DNA of 63,836 bases, the filler included, from Octopus bimaculoides (lineage: Eukaryota), in NCBI RefSeq assembly GCF_001194135.2. It is 4 parts of 4 records of this genome, joined end to end, with 100 filler letters (N's around TTAATTAATTAA, not from the genome) between each part and the next. Parts side by side here need not be neighbours in the genome. Positions count along the whole stretch, not along the records: positions 58,640 to 62,636 come from NC_068998.1; positions 62,737 to 63,836 come from NW_026345214.1; 2 more parts are not named here. One strand, given 5' to 3'. The notes under the pieces were generated by a model. The model searched no databases, was not told the DNA's origin, and was given only the letters and a program-made list of their open reading frames with translations. Of the stretch, positions 62,495 to 63,836 are shown one piece after another. Position 1 is the first letter of the stretch. Each line of letters starts with the position of its first letter. Made by a program: the position numbers and the translations under genes.

Positions 62495-62949
62495 ATGTGT
62501 GTGTGTGTGTGTGTATGTGTGTGTGTGTGTGTGTTTATATATATATATATATATATATATGATTGACCGTTGACTGAACACTATTCAATTTTTTTTTCTC
62601 CGTGTTTTTCTCCTTGTCTCCGTATTCTTTCTGTTGNNNNNNNNNNNNNNNNNNNNNNNNNNNNNNNNNNNNNNNNNNNNTTAATTAATTAANNNNNNNN
62701 NNNNNNNNNNNNNNNNNNNNNNNNNNNNNNNNNNNNACATTTGAAAATGGTTTTGTTTCATTGGTCCTTTCAACTAACGGTTTTTTCAATAACCAGTTGG
62801 ATGCAATAACAAATTGCAGTTTAAAATTATATTATTATAGAAATCGAAGAAAACCTTAAATCAAAAATAGCTTATAAAGAAGGAAAAGGCCTGAATACCT
62901 AGGATAAATGATTAGCTGTAAAATATTAATTAATTAATAAATTAAAAAA

Positions 62950-63836
62950 CATACCCATTTAAAAAAAATTTCACACTAGATTACATATACATTTGGCAGT
63001 ATATACCCATCAGATAAATTTAAACCCTACCGTAAGCCCAATGAAAAGCTATGTTATATTAGCAAAGAATCTAATCATCCACCCGCAATTCTTAAGAACC
63101 TAGTTAGTAATGCAGAGAGGTGAATATCATTAATTTCTTCAGATGAGACAGCATTCAAAATACTGCACTTTATTACAATAATGCATTAAGGAAAAGTGGA
63201 TTCTCAGAGAAGATCCAGTATAGTCAAGTTAATTCTAACAATAATAGACCACGCAGAACTAAGACTAGGAAAGTTTTGTGGTTTATCCTCGCATTTAATA
63301 TTGCCATAAAAACTAATATAGGTAGGGAATTCTTAAAATTAGTTTCTAAGCATTTCAATCTAGCCATAAGTTCTATAGAATATTTAATAGGAGAATGTTG
63401 AAGGTTAGCTATTCTTGTTGCAAAAACTTCGCCTCTTTTATTAGCCAGCATAATACAAAAATTATTACAAACAACTGCAGTGTCAAAGCTAATCTGAGGA
63501 ACTGCATCTGCTGTCTGTTGGAAGGTAAATGTCTTGAAGAAGGAATTGTTTATAGAATCAAAGTGCAAGTAGATGGTTCACAAGAATATAAAACATACAC
63601 AGGAGCTTTGGAAAATTCATTTAAGACTCGATTCTATTCTCACCGAAATTCTTTCTAATATTCCGAGAACAGTACAGTGACTAGTCTTGCAAAGCATACC
63701 TGAAAGAGAATGACACCCGCCCTTTCAGTGTAACTTGGGAAATTCTAGAAAAAGCATCAGCATACAAATACGGAGCTTATAAAGGACCTGTGAAATGTAA
63801 TCTTTGCCTCTCAGAAAAGTTCTTCATCCTATATAT
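62950..63836 (+). mobile_element. Penelope-like element (Neptune-type): RT thumb + GIY-YIG endonuclease, decayed, runs off the window
   Basis: FKPYRKPNEKLCYISKESNHPPAILKNL..RISL.SSDE..F; ALRKSG; RKVLWF..FN..IKTNIGREFLKLV.KHF; LKVSYSC; CLLEGKCLEEGIVYR...TYTG..FKTRFYSHRNSF; VTWEILEKA..Y....CNLCLSEKFFIL. Confidence 0.9.

Overview
AT-rich, microsatellite-saturated eukaryotic draft-assembly sequence with about 17 N-gaps. The repeat content looks like a coleoid cephalopod, probably Octopus (inference from repeat families; no search was run). Only one host coding exon is well supported: a 276-bp phase-1/phase-1 exon (+, 14596-14871) encoding a very basic I-set immunoglobulin domain whose motifs recall MuSK Ig2. 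Most of the window is therefore probably giant intron or intergenic DNA. The rest is transposon relics: three to four SINE-like families, RTE LINEs, Tx1/L1-like LINEs, two R4/Dong-like elements stacked in (TAA)n tracts, Neptune-type Penelope fragments, a CR1/L2 fragment, a DD41D Tc1/mariner relic and a hAT MITE with an intact 8-bp TSD. Best leads: a near-canonical minimal type-I hammerhead ribozyme motif (1976-2021) with a decayed inverted partner; an RTE ending in three C2H2 zinc fingers; the stacked Dong-like insertions just upstream of the Ig exon; and several long foldbacks that could be ADAR substrates. Nearly all supplied ORFs are microsatellite or N-gap artefacts, and one (26979..27263) has the wrong strand label. 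There is no CRISPR, rRNA or intact tRNA. I see no firm evidence for a wholly new multi-gene system; the findings are leads.
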